Below the pieces are notes generated by a model. That model was given only the letters and a program-made list of their open reading frames with translations, was not told the origin of the DNA and did no database searches. Position numbers and translations under genes: made by a program. Below are positions 40,442 through 52,054 of a stretch of 64,000 nt of DNA, in pieces. How positions within the stretch are numbered: the first letter of the stretch is position 1; each line of letters opens with the position of its first letter. Origin of the DNA: Mobula birostris (lineage: Eukaryota); contig NC_092371.1 of assembly GCF_030028105.1 (NCBI RefSeq), positions 167,584,031 through 167,648,030 on the forward strand, given 5' to 3'.

Positions 40442-43400
40442 GTAAGTCTTTGCTGCTCTACTAGCATATTACCCAGGCCACCAAGCAGGTCGGCTTTGTA
40501 TTTGTATACTGTCCTTTCATTGAAAGACCGACCCTCTTCTTTCTCTCCCCCGCCCCCCGTAAGAAATGTGGAAGCAAATTATCATAAAAGATGTTAAAAT
40601 ATGGCCGGATTAAATCTTTCACCCTGGCGTGGCGGTTATGGTTTGGGGCGAAATGTGTTATCTTTGTGTGACCACCTGAAGAGTCAGGCAAATCGGCCTA
40701 AGGTCTCTGCAGTGGAGTGACAGTTTTAATTGGAGGATTCTTGAAGAACTTCAGGGTCTGAGCCCCTGTGCATTCTGATATATGCTCTTCCCACTTGTTC
40801 CTCAGTTCATTCTTTCAGTTGGGCAATGTATTTTCGACTGACGTTCTTGCCACTCGGATTCTTTCTCATCCTTGAAACGTAAACAATTTTTCAGTGCACT
40901 AGCTTGCCAATAACGTCTGTTCTGTAAAGAACAAGTTATAAAGGCTGCTTGAGATTTTCAATGTTTCTCCTGCTTCTCAAGTGGTCATCACAGGTTTTTC
41001 CCTGTATTTCTTCACGTCCGATTTTGTCTTAATCTCCAGAAATCTGCTTGTATTCACAGCTATCAGGGTTTTTGCCACTTGTGTTTGAGACCGCTTAGTG
41101 GATTGCTATCCCCCAACCCTTTTCATTGCCACTCACTTGAAAAAAGTTACTATTTAATGTTTTAGATTACATTACCAAAATCTCAATTGTATAGCTGTTG
41201 TCCTTTCATTAACCATGACACTACTGTGACTACCAGCTTGCTCAAGCATGATCTTATTACCTTGCCTGTACCTTTGATAACTGTACGGCTAAGGCTGCTG
41301 CATCTGGGAGCGGTTGCTGCAATGGTCATTGTTTCTTATCCTTAAAGGATGTGCGGATGAGAACATAGGTAATTTTACTTAGGATCGTGGGTGCTTAATG
41401 AGGACTGTTAGGCTGGGTACAGCTTCTTCCCCCAGGCTATAACCCTGTATACACTACTTGTGACGGCGCTGGTAGCATTATACTGTTGTGTTTTTAACTA
41501 TATGTAATGTATGCACTTACAGAATTGTTATTTAATATTTTATATGCTGTATGTGATTATATATACTGTGTTTTGTGCCTTGGTCCCAGACGAATGTTGT
41601 TTCACTTAGCTGTATACATGCATATGGTTGAATAACATGAACTTGAATTTTATGTGGCTGAATGTCAAAGCATTGTTCTGCTTGTCTCCCAAAAACTTTC
41701 AAGTTTTAGCATTGACTGATTTTGGTTGACCTGATTACGTAGCCTACAGGCTGACTTTCAAAGCGCCTACAATGCATATTCTCAGTGCTATTCTTTTATT
41801 TGCAGAACTTGCTTTTTGCACATGGGTTGAATTCCATTGTATTTCTTTACTTTGTAAAGAAAATGAATCTCATGGTACTATATGATGTGTACTTCAATAA
41901 TAAATTTACTCTAATATTTACTTATCCGAGACTGCAGATTTACTGTGCCATGGACTGTTCTTCATCAAGTTATGGTATTGTTGCACTGTTGTAATTGTAT
42001 GTTATAATTATGTGGTTTTGTTAGTTTTTTCAGTCTTGGTCTGTCCTGTGTTTTGTGATATCACACCGGCGGAATATTGTATTATTTCTTAATGCATGCA
42101 TTACTAAATGACAATAAAAGAGGACTGCGTATCCTCATAATCTAATCTAATCTTATCCTGATGAACCTTAGTATTTCGCTCTTGTTGCACCAGCCTCCCC
42201 TTCACTGTTCATTTCGTTGCTTCCCTGACCACCACCACCCCCCCCACCAATTCTCAGCACACATGCATCCTTTAAATGTGGTTAACTAAACCATTCTCCT
42301 CTACTTTGACATTATAGTTCACTTGATGGGATTGTACTTGTCTAATTCAGTTTATTTGTAGCCAGTGACTAGGTGCCGTTTTGATCTTTGAACTACTTGT
42401 TCACATAATCTGTCGGTACCTTCTACTTGTCATGCCTTTAGGTTTCACTATTCCAACTTGCTGCTCATGTCTAGTGCAGTTAATCCAATTTGAGTACACT
42501 CAATTTTGCTCACTTCACAACTTAAATTCCAGAATTTTGAGCTGCAACCATTTAAAAAAAGTTCTTAAATTTATTGACTAAGATATATTCCCCAATATAT
42601 CTGTGACTCGTGTCAAATTTTGTGTAAAGAGGTTAGGATGCCATACTATGCTTAAAGCATATTTTAAATGCAAATAATGTCCTGTTCTCATTTGCTTCTG
42701 TTTACTTATTGAAATTAGTTTGCTTTCCAGTCTTTTATATAATCTGGGTATTTTTAATATAGTGAACAAATGTCTGGGCATTTAATTAATGTCTGAATGT
42801 GCAGAGTAGCATTAAGCATGATTTCTTCCTTTATTTGCATGCACAACCTTTAAATTTAGTTTAATTTAACCTACCAAGCTGCATTTTGCTGGATTGATAG
42901 CATGTCCAATGGATGTGGCTGTTTATGGTATACTGTGTTTACCATCTTGCATGTTGTTTCATTTGAAGCTTCCAAAATAGTGTCATAATTTTTTTATTTA
43001 AGTCCAGAAAACATTGGCTGCTTTTGCCTTTATATTTCTTAGATAAATATTAGTTGCATTAATGCTTAATTTTGTTAGATTATGTTTAGCAGTCTTTAGT
43101 TCCCCAGCCCATTTTTATTTTTGAGAATGAGCTGATAGCATTAAATTCCTGTTCTAGGAAAAAAAACATATGAAGTAGGAAAGATTTAAGGAAATGTTTC
43201 TAATTTTGGATTAGCTTATTATGTGAATGGATGATTGATAGCTACAAGAATTGCTTTCTGTTCAAATGCTTTCAGTTTTGGTCTGTTTCTTTTTTTGCCA
43301 AACAAGATTGTTGTGGTAAATAGCAGGCACCAGTTTGGTTGGAGTTTGAAATTCTGGCTTTGTGGCAAAATTGAATGGACTGCTGACTCATCTTCTGATA

Positions 43401-44909
43401 GTAATTCAGAAGGTTGCGTTACAATATGACACAAATCTGTGCATGGTAATTCCATTTCTTTCAACTTTAGAAAAGGTACAAAGTTAGTTTCTGGGAGTTT
43501 GGGTCCACTCAAGGAAACTTATTAAAATGAAATTACTTGCAAGTTCTGCTTGCAAATTTTGAATTGTACCTTGTGCCTTCTGCTTGTTCTGACTTTCCAC
43601 CTTTGACAAATGCATGTATTTTGTTCAGGGAGAGAATGTTGCACAAGTGTCTCTAAATGATGCTGTATATAGTATTGTAATGTGATGCCAAAAGATGTTT
43701 TGTCTCCACATTTAATGCAAAGTACTGTTACATGTGACAAGTCACTAGCTTGAACTACAGACTGGGGGTTATATGTCAGTGAGAGTAATTGACTCTTAAT
43801 GAGTCTCTGCTGCAGAGTTGGAGCAGTGAAGGGTTAGGTCTTAAGTTGACTCTTGAGTGAGTGGCATCAACAGTTTGAAATCCAGATTGTCCTGTGCCAA
43901 CTGGATCCTTAGTTTTTTCTGTTGGACTTAGGGCTGAATCTTCCTTCTAAAGTTCTTTCTCATTTCCTCCACCTTTGAAAATATTGTCACTGTGTACATT
44001 GCTACAAATTAAGAATAATTAGAAAATTCTTGCACTTCCTTACTCATTCTGTGTAATCCATATTCCTGTACCTCATGCTTATCTAACTAAAATCAATTTT
44101 GCTCATTTGCCACAACCTTTCCATGTGATTGCATGTAAAATGTTATATATTTTCTAATTTTCCCTAAAATATTGAATTTATCAGTGATCATCTTTTATCT
44201 TGCTCCTCGTCCTTGTGAGTAGATTTGAAGGCCTGTAAATTGGGTGGATTGTTTGTAGCTCAGCCCAGTCCTTCCCTCTCTACTTGAGCACTAAGCAGAA
44301 AACTGACATTCCATATCCATCCTCCTTGGCATTCAATGATGCGAAGCTGACTGCAGTACTCTACCTTTGCCATGGTTATCTTGCATAGTCTAAGCAGCAA
44401 ATCTGCAGCTATTTGAAGCTATATTTAAATTTAGCTGTGCTTGCAGATCATTTTACTTGTGCACGCTCCTTGTCATTGAAAAGTGATATTTTAATTCTTC
44501 CCTGCAACCATGTACTGATCCAACAAAAGAATTGGCTATATTAAGTTTGGCATTATGTAATTCAGACTTAACATTTTTGAAATAATCGTAATAGGTTTTA
44601 ATGTAACATTTGAACTAAAAATATATACTGTGGTCACTTTCGTTAGTGCAAATATCTAATCAGCCAACTATATGGCAGCAACTCAATGCATAAAAGCATG
44701 CAGACATGGTCAGGAGAGTCAGTTGTTCAGAGCAAACTTCAGAATGGGGAAGAAATGTGATTTGTGACTTTGGTTTTAATGACTGTGGCCTGCAGTTATC
44801 AACAGAGTGCCAAACTGGACTGACTCAGCTGTCACTCCTAGGATGTTGTTTGGGACTCTGTTAATTGCTCACTTTTTGCTCTTTGCATGACTTGTGATCC
44901 TGCACGTTG

Positions 44910-45243
44910 TGTTGAGTTGCCTCTACCAGAGAACTTCAGGTTCCGACTGAGGGAATAATGGTCAAACACAACTTACTTAAAAATTTCATACTGTTTATTA
45001 GTAAGCTTGCGTTGCTCAGTTCAACTACAGAGCCCTGCTCGCAGAGCTTGGGAAAGTCTGCAAATCTGTCTGGGGCTGCTGTTATACATCTGTTATCACA
45101 TGCATACTTTGATAAGGGTACACAGCAGCTTTCTCATGCTACAAATACTACTTTGTTTATACATTATTCTCACAGCACGACTTGTCAAGCTGCCAATAAG
45201 TCAGTTAGGTTTCAGCCCTTCTAATTCTGCATGTAATTCCTCA
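44910..45243 (-). repeat. ERV 3' LTR (334 bp), preceded by polypurine tract 45244-45255
   Basis: Minus strand AAAAGGAGAGAA-TGAGGAAT...CTCAACA; TATAA ~45082-45087; AATAAA 44994-44999. Confidence 0.88.
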
Positions 45244-45489
45244 TTCTCTCCTTTTGTCATTCCATGACAACTAGGATTATCAATGTTGGAGTATATCTAA
45301 ATTCTCATATTCGTGTAAGAAGGGTGGATAGTAACCCTCGGGATAGACCAAAGGTCTTTCTTCGTCATTGTAGTCTCCATCCTCATCATTTGCATCTCAG
45401 TCTCTCTGAGGTTGCCTTCCTTCTAGGGGGATTATGTATAAATATCCCTGTAGGTGTAGCGCAAAAGCACCGGCTGACAAAGGGTCAGA

Positions 45490-46661
45490 AACATCAGAAG
45501 AGTGCAATGAGTACTCCTGCGATGATAGCACAATGTAGCAGTATACCGCTCCCTCCTGCGAAGATGTCACTGAAGGGCCACAATCCTCCTTTTGAGCTAA
45601 AGTCATGTAGGTCAGCCCTGATTTTCTGGATTTTATTTACCTCCTTTTGAATATGAATGGAAAGAGGTAATTCATCTGGGATGTAGGGTGTTGGTGCAGC
45701 ACTCGCCCCACAAGAGCACATGCACCTCCTTTTTCAGCCAGAACAAAATTGAGGGCCATTCAGTTCTGTAAAACAGTCTGTCGTAGTGCCATCATTTCAG
45801 CTGTGACGCTGGATGCCATCCATGGCCTCAGCGGTACTACTGGCCATCTCCTCCAAAACTTCAGCCAGGTTGATGATTTCCCTTGAAATGTGGGCCGCCT
45901 CGTAGAAGGGGAAGGTTGACATCCAGAAGCGCTCTGGTTGTGAGGTTTCTCGGTTTTGCCGTAGGAGGGAAGGGTGCTGGTCCAGGGATTTCAGCATTTG
46001 CATGTGGAGTACAAAGTAAGCCAGGAAACAGCATCCTATTCAATTTCTGCGCTCTTGCTGGGTGTCCCATCGGCTAGCTGTCTCTCCTGGGAGCCACATG
46101 TAGGCCCTTTCCCTGCAAACCCATTGAATTCCATTCACAGGGCGCAGTGGTTTGGCCGTTGTAGAAATGGCACAGGTGCTATTACCCAGAAAGTAAGTCC
46201 CTTTATCTTTGAAATTACAGTAGCAGATAGTATTTGCTGGTTGGTCAGATCTGACAGTGATGGAGGGCCATGATGTCTGACCTCCCCATTGGATGGCTTT
46301 TTGTTGGGGTGGGGGTGCAAATGTACCAACCATCGAAGTAATGGCACACACAGTGTCCACTCACATCACTGGTGCAATTTTGGGCCTCACTAGTTTAAGT
46401 GTCTTTAGAAAAAGCCCAGACTGAGCGTTGTTCACTGCTGTTCAGTGGAATGGCTATTAGGGGAACCCCTATCTTCCCATGGGGAGGAGTCACTGCACAC
46501 ACCCAGCAGGCAGATGAGTTAGTTTTCCCAGTATAACTGTAGCAAAGCAACAGGAAGGTGTTTGGCTTGGTTACTATAAGACAAGTGCTTAAGATTACAA
46601 GTATAGACAGTAATAGCTTAGTCGTGAATGCACACATTTGACGTGTCCTAGATATGTCCAT
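45490..46661 (-). pseudogene. env: ERV env (gamma-type), frameshifted
   Basis: Signal-like LLLSILVILSTCLIV; SU CWVC (CXXC); WVC..AYMWLP; RQNR cleavage remnant; heptad EIINLAEVLEEMASST; ISD LQN*MALNFVLAEKGG; CALVGECC; YIPD; TM anchor ILLHCAIIAGVLIALF. Confidence 0.88.
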
Positions 46662-47020
46662 GTAGTTTGACTGCTTTTGGAGTGGTCAGTAACACTGGTA
46701 GGGTCCTTTGCAGCGAGGCTCAAGCTTCTAAGATGGTTCTTTATGAGAACAAAGTCTCCTGGGCATGCTCAATGTTCATTTTCCAGTCCCTCTCCTTCCC
46801 GGTGGGCCTCCTTCACCTGCCAATGCAAGACCTGGAGAGATTTGGTTAGTGCCAGGATATATCCTATAATTTCATTCGACATTTGATTCAGGTCCATCTC
46901 AGGTAATTTTGGGGTCGGCAAGGCAACCTTCCAGGGGGTTCTTAATGGTCTGCCATATACTATTTCAGCCACTGATAGACCATATACTATTTCGGCTGCC
47001 AACAAATCATATTTGGTATG

Positions 47021-47324
47021 ATAGAAACATAGAAAACCTACAGCACAATACAGGCCCTTTGGCCCACAAAGTTGTGCCAAAAATGTCCCTGCCTTAGGAA
47101 TTACTATGCTTACCCATAGCCCTCTATTTTTCTAAGCTCCATGTACGTATCCAGAAGTCTCTTAAAAGACCCTATAGTATCCACTCCCACCACCGTTGCC
47201 AGCAGCCCGTTCCAAGCACTTACCACTCTCTGTGTTTAAAAACAAAAAAAAACTTGCCCCCTGACATCTCCTCTGTACCTGCTCCCCATCATCTTAAAAC
47301 CTGTGTCCTCTTGTGGCAACCATT
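47021..47324 (-). mobile_element. CR1-type 3' fragment inserted in ERV integrase
   Basis: ATAGAAACATAGAAAACCTACAGCACAATACAGGCCCTTT tail plus CR1 3' sequence. Confidence 0.7.
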
Positions 47325-47454
47325 AATAATGAGTTTTCATCTGGAACAAAACTATCGGTAGCACTTAACCAGTTTCTTGTCCTAGTTTAGCCGATTTGTT
47401 TTTCAGCATCCCATTAGCCCTGTCAGTCAGGTCTTTGGGGGCAATGCAATGCCT

Positions 47455-47599
47455 ATTTATTTTTTGTTGAAGTTCATCATCAAACAAATATTTCCATAAG
47501 ATGTATTTCAGATATTGTACACATATATCATATCATATTTGCCACAAATCTCCACATAATATTTATGAGGTATACACCTATAGAAAAGAGAGGAAAGAA
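47455..47599 (-). mobile_element. Short L1/Tx1-like 3' end inserted in ERV integrase
   Basis: 9-bp TSD GCAATGCCT (47446-47454, 47600-47608); A-rich tail on the minus strand. Confidence 0.6.
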
Positions 47600-47736
47600 G
47601 CAATGCCTGTTTAATACATAGAGCCTGGCATTGTTGGGTATTAATCTCACCCACAAAATGAGGGCCGTTGTCAGATACAACTTGCTCTGGTATCCCAAAT
47701 CCGGGAATGATTTCTTTCAACAAAATATGCACGGTA

Positions 47737-48373
47737 CAGTAAGTCCCTGGGTTAAGAACGTCCGACTTATGGACAACTCGTACTTACGAACGGACTGCCA
47801 TAAAGCCTATTAATAAAAATTTGAGTTAAATACAATGGTTCGTAATAACGAACGCACACACTACTTTGTGACACTCAAGAAAACATTGCGTGGCCTCAGC
47901 GGTTCGTCGGCTCAAGGAAGGAATGCCGTCTGCCATTTTTGGGTCGGATCACGTTGCCGTTAACACTGAGTGTGTAACTTTGTACTTGGCTTAAATTTAT
48001 CTCTTATTTACCCTTGTAACCATGCCTCCAGAGCGTAAATCGGATGCAAGTGCTGGTGATGCATCAAAGGAAAGGAAAACGATCACGATTGAAAATAAAG
48101 TGGAAATAATAAGACGATCAGAAAGAGGTGAAACCCCATCAGTCATTAGAAAAGCATTAGGCTACAGTCGGTGAACGATCGGAACAATTTTAAAGGATAA
48201 AGTGAGAATAATGGAGCATGTGAAAGGCCCTGCCCCGATGAAAGCTACAATTATTACTAAGCAATGCAGAGGTTTAATTATAAGAACCGTATGTACCTGT
48301 TCTGACTTACCTACAAATTTGATTTAAAGACAGACTTAGGAACGGATCTCGTTTGTAACCCGGGGACTGCCTG
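47737..48373 (+). mobile_element. Tigger-like non-autonomous element inserted in the ERV integrase core
   Basis: TA TSD; TIRs CAGTAAGTCCCTGGGTTA / GTAACCCGGGGACTGCCTG; RKTITIENKVEIIRRSERGE HTH remnant; integrase reads ..TTDKANT|VHILLKEII across it. Confidence 0.88.
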
Positions 48374-50343
48374 TATTGGCTTTATCTGTGGTAGGATGTA
48401 CTTCAGTCCATCTACTGAAAACATCAAGAATTACAAGATAATACTTGTAACAGTGATGCACGGTAATTTGATTAAAATCAAGTTGTAGTTGGCAGAAAGG
48501 GTATCTTGGCAATGGGTATATCCCTTTGGGCATGGGGTGTCTTTTCCTGGATCACATTCTTGGCATATCAGATGTCGTCTGGGAACATTCTGTGCTACTT
48601 TCTCCAGGTCCGGGCTCCACCATGATTCCAAACATTGCCTTACCATTTCCTCCCTGCCAAGGTGAGTATTGGTATATACAAAATCTACAATAGAGCTCAG
48701 TATAGTTTCAGGTACACAAAGCTGATGGGCGGGAGTAAGCCAGAAGTCCTTGGTCGGTGAGTTAAAAACATGCAGCCGATTCCCAGGTGGCTTTCTCTTT
48801 TTCAGCAGTGTCGAGCTGTAAAACACGCACACCCTCAATTCCAGGCATACCCTCTGATTCGGAAATGGGGGATTCAGTTTTTCCCCAGCGATTCGTCATT
48901 TGGGAAACAGTCAGTGCTCCAGTAAGGGCGGCTTGTTTTGCAGCTGAGTCAGCTCTGTTGTTTCCATGGTCAGCCTCAGTCGTACCGTTAGTGTTGCAGA
49001 GCATTTAATAATGGCCAGTTGTGAAGGAAGACAGATGCTGGATAAAAGGAGGTGATGTCACCCCTTGCTTTCCAAAGTTGCCCGAAATCATGAGCGACTC
49101 CAAAGGCATACCTAAAGTTTGTTTTTAAAAAAAAAATAAATTGGCTGATTTCCCAGTGGCTAGGATGCATGCTGTAGTGAGTGCAAAGAGTTCAGCTTGC
49201 TGCGTCAAGTAAGGAGAAAGAAAGGAAGTGGACTCCACAGTTTCTATGTCAGAATCAACAGCATAGCCTGCACGGTACTGGCCTTGGTTGTCGATAAAGG
49301 AGCTCCTATCTATATAGACTAAATGTGGGTTGGCAAGGGGGACGTCAGTAATGTCAGGTCAGACCTGTCAATTGGTGATTTATTGTTGCACAATCATGGG
49401 TCGGTGAATCTAGACACTTGGGTGCGCATTCTAAAAAGATGGCTGGGTTTACAGTAGAATGGGAAAAAATGGAGAAGGGGTTTCTGTAGTAGAAGGACCT
49501 CATCTAGTGTGGCAGGCATGTGTAAGGCCTTGAGTTTGGTGGATGTTCATCAGAGTGACTACATCATGAGAGGTGAATATGTCCACTGGCTGGTGCAAGG
49601 TAATGTTACTTGCGACCAGAACCATATGGTATACTGCAGGGAGAATTTGAATACAGGGAGGTAAGCAGGAAGTTACCAGATGGAGTTCCTTGGGGATAGG
49701 TTGTTGTCAATCCCCATGGCTCTGGGAAAGGACAGCAGTGGGACACCGGGCCTCGATTGTCACATAGAGTGCAAAGTGGCAATCATAGAGGGGTGCCTTC
49801 TCAGGGCTTGCTTGAGGGAAGCAAAATCCTGTTGGGCCTGCTTTGAGAGTTGAAAGGGAGTCTCGCATTTGGGCAAGGAATAAGGGGTGAGGTATCTGGT
49901 GAGCAGGGCAATGTCGGGAATCCAAGTGCGGCAGAAATTGACAAAGCCCAGGAATTTGTGCATCTGAGTCGATGTGTATTAACAAAGGGGGTTAATTAGC
50001 ACGGGTCAAGGGAATCTGGTACCTTCTGGTCTATTAAGATCTATAGTACATAAAGTGCCACACTTGATAACAAAATCTTTTAAAATCAAATAAATCTTTT
50101 TTCTGACAAATTAACACGATTTTTAAAAATATAATGTGTCCTTATATTTATTCAGAATTGGACAAAATCAAAAATCAACCTTTCCTCAAAGAAAGAAAAC
50201 AAATATTAAAATATAGAACATTGCTCTAGCAACCCACAGTTATGTACTAAAATTTAAATTAACCTTTTCCCTTTAGATGGCCTTTGTGGTTTGCTTTGAA
50301 AGACTGAACAATGACACTACTGTCTGACAAACACAGTTGTCAA

Positions 50344-50647
50344 GAATAATTGTCAAACACAGTTTACTTAAAATTACATACTGTTCATTAGCTAACTTGC
50401 GTTGTTCAGTTGAACTAGAGTCCCGCTCAGAGCTTGGGAAAATCTGCAAATCAAGTGAGCCCCTAAGTGCTGTTTGGGGCTGCTGTTATACATCCGTTAT
50501 CACATACATACTTTGATAAGGGTGCACAGCAGCTTTCTCATGCAATAAATACTACTTTGTTCATACATTATTCTCAAAGCAGGACTTTTCAAGCTGCCAA
50601 TAAATCAGTTAGGTTTTAGCCCTTTTAATTCGGCATATAATTCCTCA
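50344..50647 (-). repeat. ERV 5' LTR (U5 end and PBS missing)
   Basis: Direct repeat of 44953-45243; by hand 14 mismatches over the terminal 173 nt, plus an 18-bp indel further in. Confidence 0.88.
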
Positions 50648-50964
50648 GTTGGGTATCCAGTGTTTTCTTTTAATAAGTTCCTTAGTGTTTTATGGCTGTC
50701 CGCACGATGACAAATCTCAAGGTTCTATATTGTATACATACTTTGACAATAAATGTACTTTGAACCTTTGATTGTTGGTGCCAGGTGGAGTGGTTTGAGT
50801 ATATTAGAAACTGCTGATCTGGGATTTTCACACACTTACAGAGAAAAGTATGAAAAACAAAAATCATCCAGTGAGTAGCAGTTCTGTGGGCGAAAATGCC
50901 TTGTATACGAGGGGTCTGAGGAGAATGGCCATACTGGTTCCAGCTGACAGGAAGGCAACACTAA

Positions 50965-51710
50965 AGGCTGATTTATACTTGTGCGTTCTAGCTTACGCCG
51001 TAGCCTTCACAAGTGGGTTATACCGTTGTGAGCATTTATACTTGTGTGTTGGTGTCCCTGTGTCTCTGTGCAATTCATCACCAAAACGCTAGCTGGCGGT
51101 GGGGTTTCTGTGCCACTGAGAGTTTCTTCGTGTTGAAACTCAACACGAAGAAACTCAAACTTCAAACAATGGTGACTGAAACTGAAGGAGGGTGAATTTT
51201 CTGTGCTTGTCAGGCCACTGAGAGCCATGGACAAGGAAATGCATTTCAAATATTTTCGGATGTCAGCAGGTAGATTTGACGATTTGGTTAATCGTCTCTA
51301 ACCATTTATTTTGCATCAGTGTACGCACAGTATACTCAGAGACTGGCAATCACCATTCAAGTTTTAGCTTCAGGTGGAAGTCAACAGGTTGTAGCAGCTA
51401 GCTAGAAACTGGTGTCAAGCACAGGGTCCTGCATAATTTCAGAGATCTGTAAAGCTTTATGGAAAGCATTGCAGCCAGAGTTCCTTCCCTGCCCTCCAGT
51501 TGCCCAGTGGAAAGCTGTTGCAGCGTAGGAGGAAATGCGATGTTACCAAGCGGACCAATCATAGTTGTTGCAGTCTGCGTCACCACGAAGCATAATTATA
51601 TTTTGGGAGAGGTGTGCATAGGGCATAGGGTTCGGCGTAGAGTACAGCATAGGGTACGCGGCTATGCCATACCTACGGCATACATTTGACGCACAAGTAT
51701 AAGTTGGCCT
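50965..51710 (+). mobile_element. PIF/Harbinger non-autonomous element
   Basis: TAA TSD; TIRs AGGCTGATTTATACTTGTGCGT / ACGCACAAGTATAAGTTGGCCT; transposase remnant [16 protein letters not shown]. Confidence 0.88.
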
Positions 51711-52054
51711 TAACTCTTATAACCACACAATACTGCAGTGGTGTGCAGAAGAGCATCTCTGAATGCACAACATGTTGAAGTTTAAAGTGGATGGGCTACA
51801 GCAGCAAAAGACCACGCTGGGTGTCACTCCTGTACCACATGAAGTGGCCCTTGAATGTAGTTTAGATCCTAAGAATAGTTAGTCTTCCATGCAATGAGAT
51901 GGATTGAAGAAGGTCCTTTTTTGTTTAGCTTTGCATATGCTTTTTCCCTTACCGTGATTTTTTTCTGTTGACTCATCTTAAGGCTATAAACTGATTCTGT
52001 ACATAGTGAATCTTGTTTGGAACAATTGTTGACAATAACTGAACAACCTTCAAG

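Larger units (their letters stand above)
46640..49980 (-). pseudogene. pol: ERV pol remnant (RT thumb, RNase H, integrase)
   Basis: FLGFVNFCRTWIPD; QAELFAL; RYAFGVAHDFGQLWK; GNNRADSAAKQAA; HLG..WW..ICQEC; LQLDF..LVILDVFSRW; IIPGFGIPEQVVSDNGPHF; AEIVYGRP; GPYQ..LTTPKAVKL. Confidence 0.9.
44910..50647 (-). mobile_element. Decayed class I (gamma/epsilon-like) endogenous retrovirus, gag-pro deleted
   Basis: TG..CA termini; 4-bp TSD GTTG (44906-44909, 50648-50651); paired LTRs; PPT; pol and env remnants in retroviral order. Confidence 0.92.
44626..51857. mobile_element. Tc1-type MITE split by nested insertions (LINE tail, ERV, Harbinger)
   Basis: Left part 44626-44771 and right part 50770-51857 together are colinear with the reverse complement of the copy at 15832-16369. 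Confidence 0.75.
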
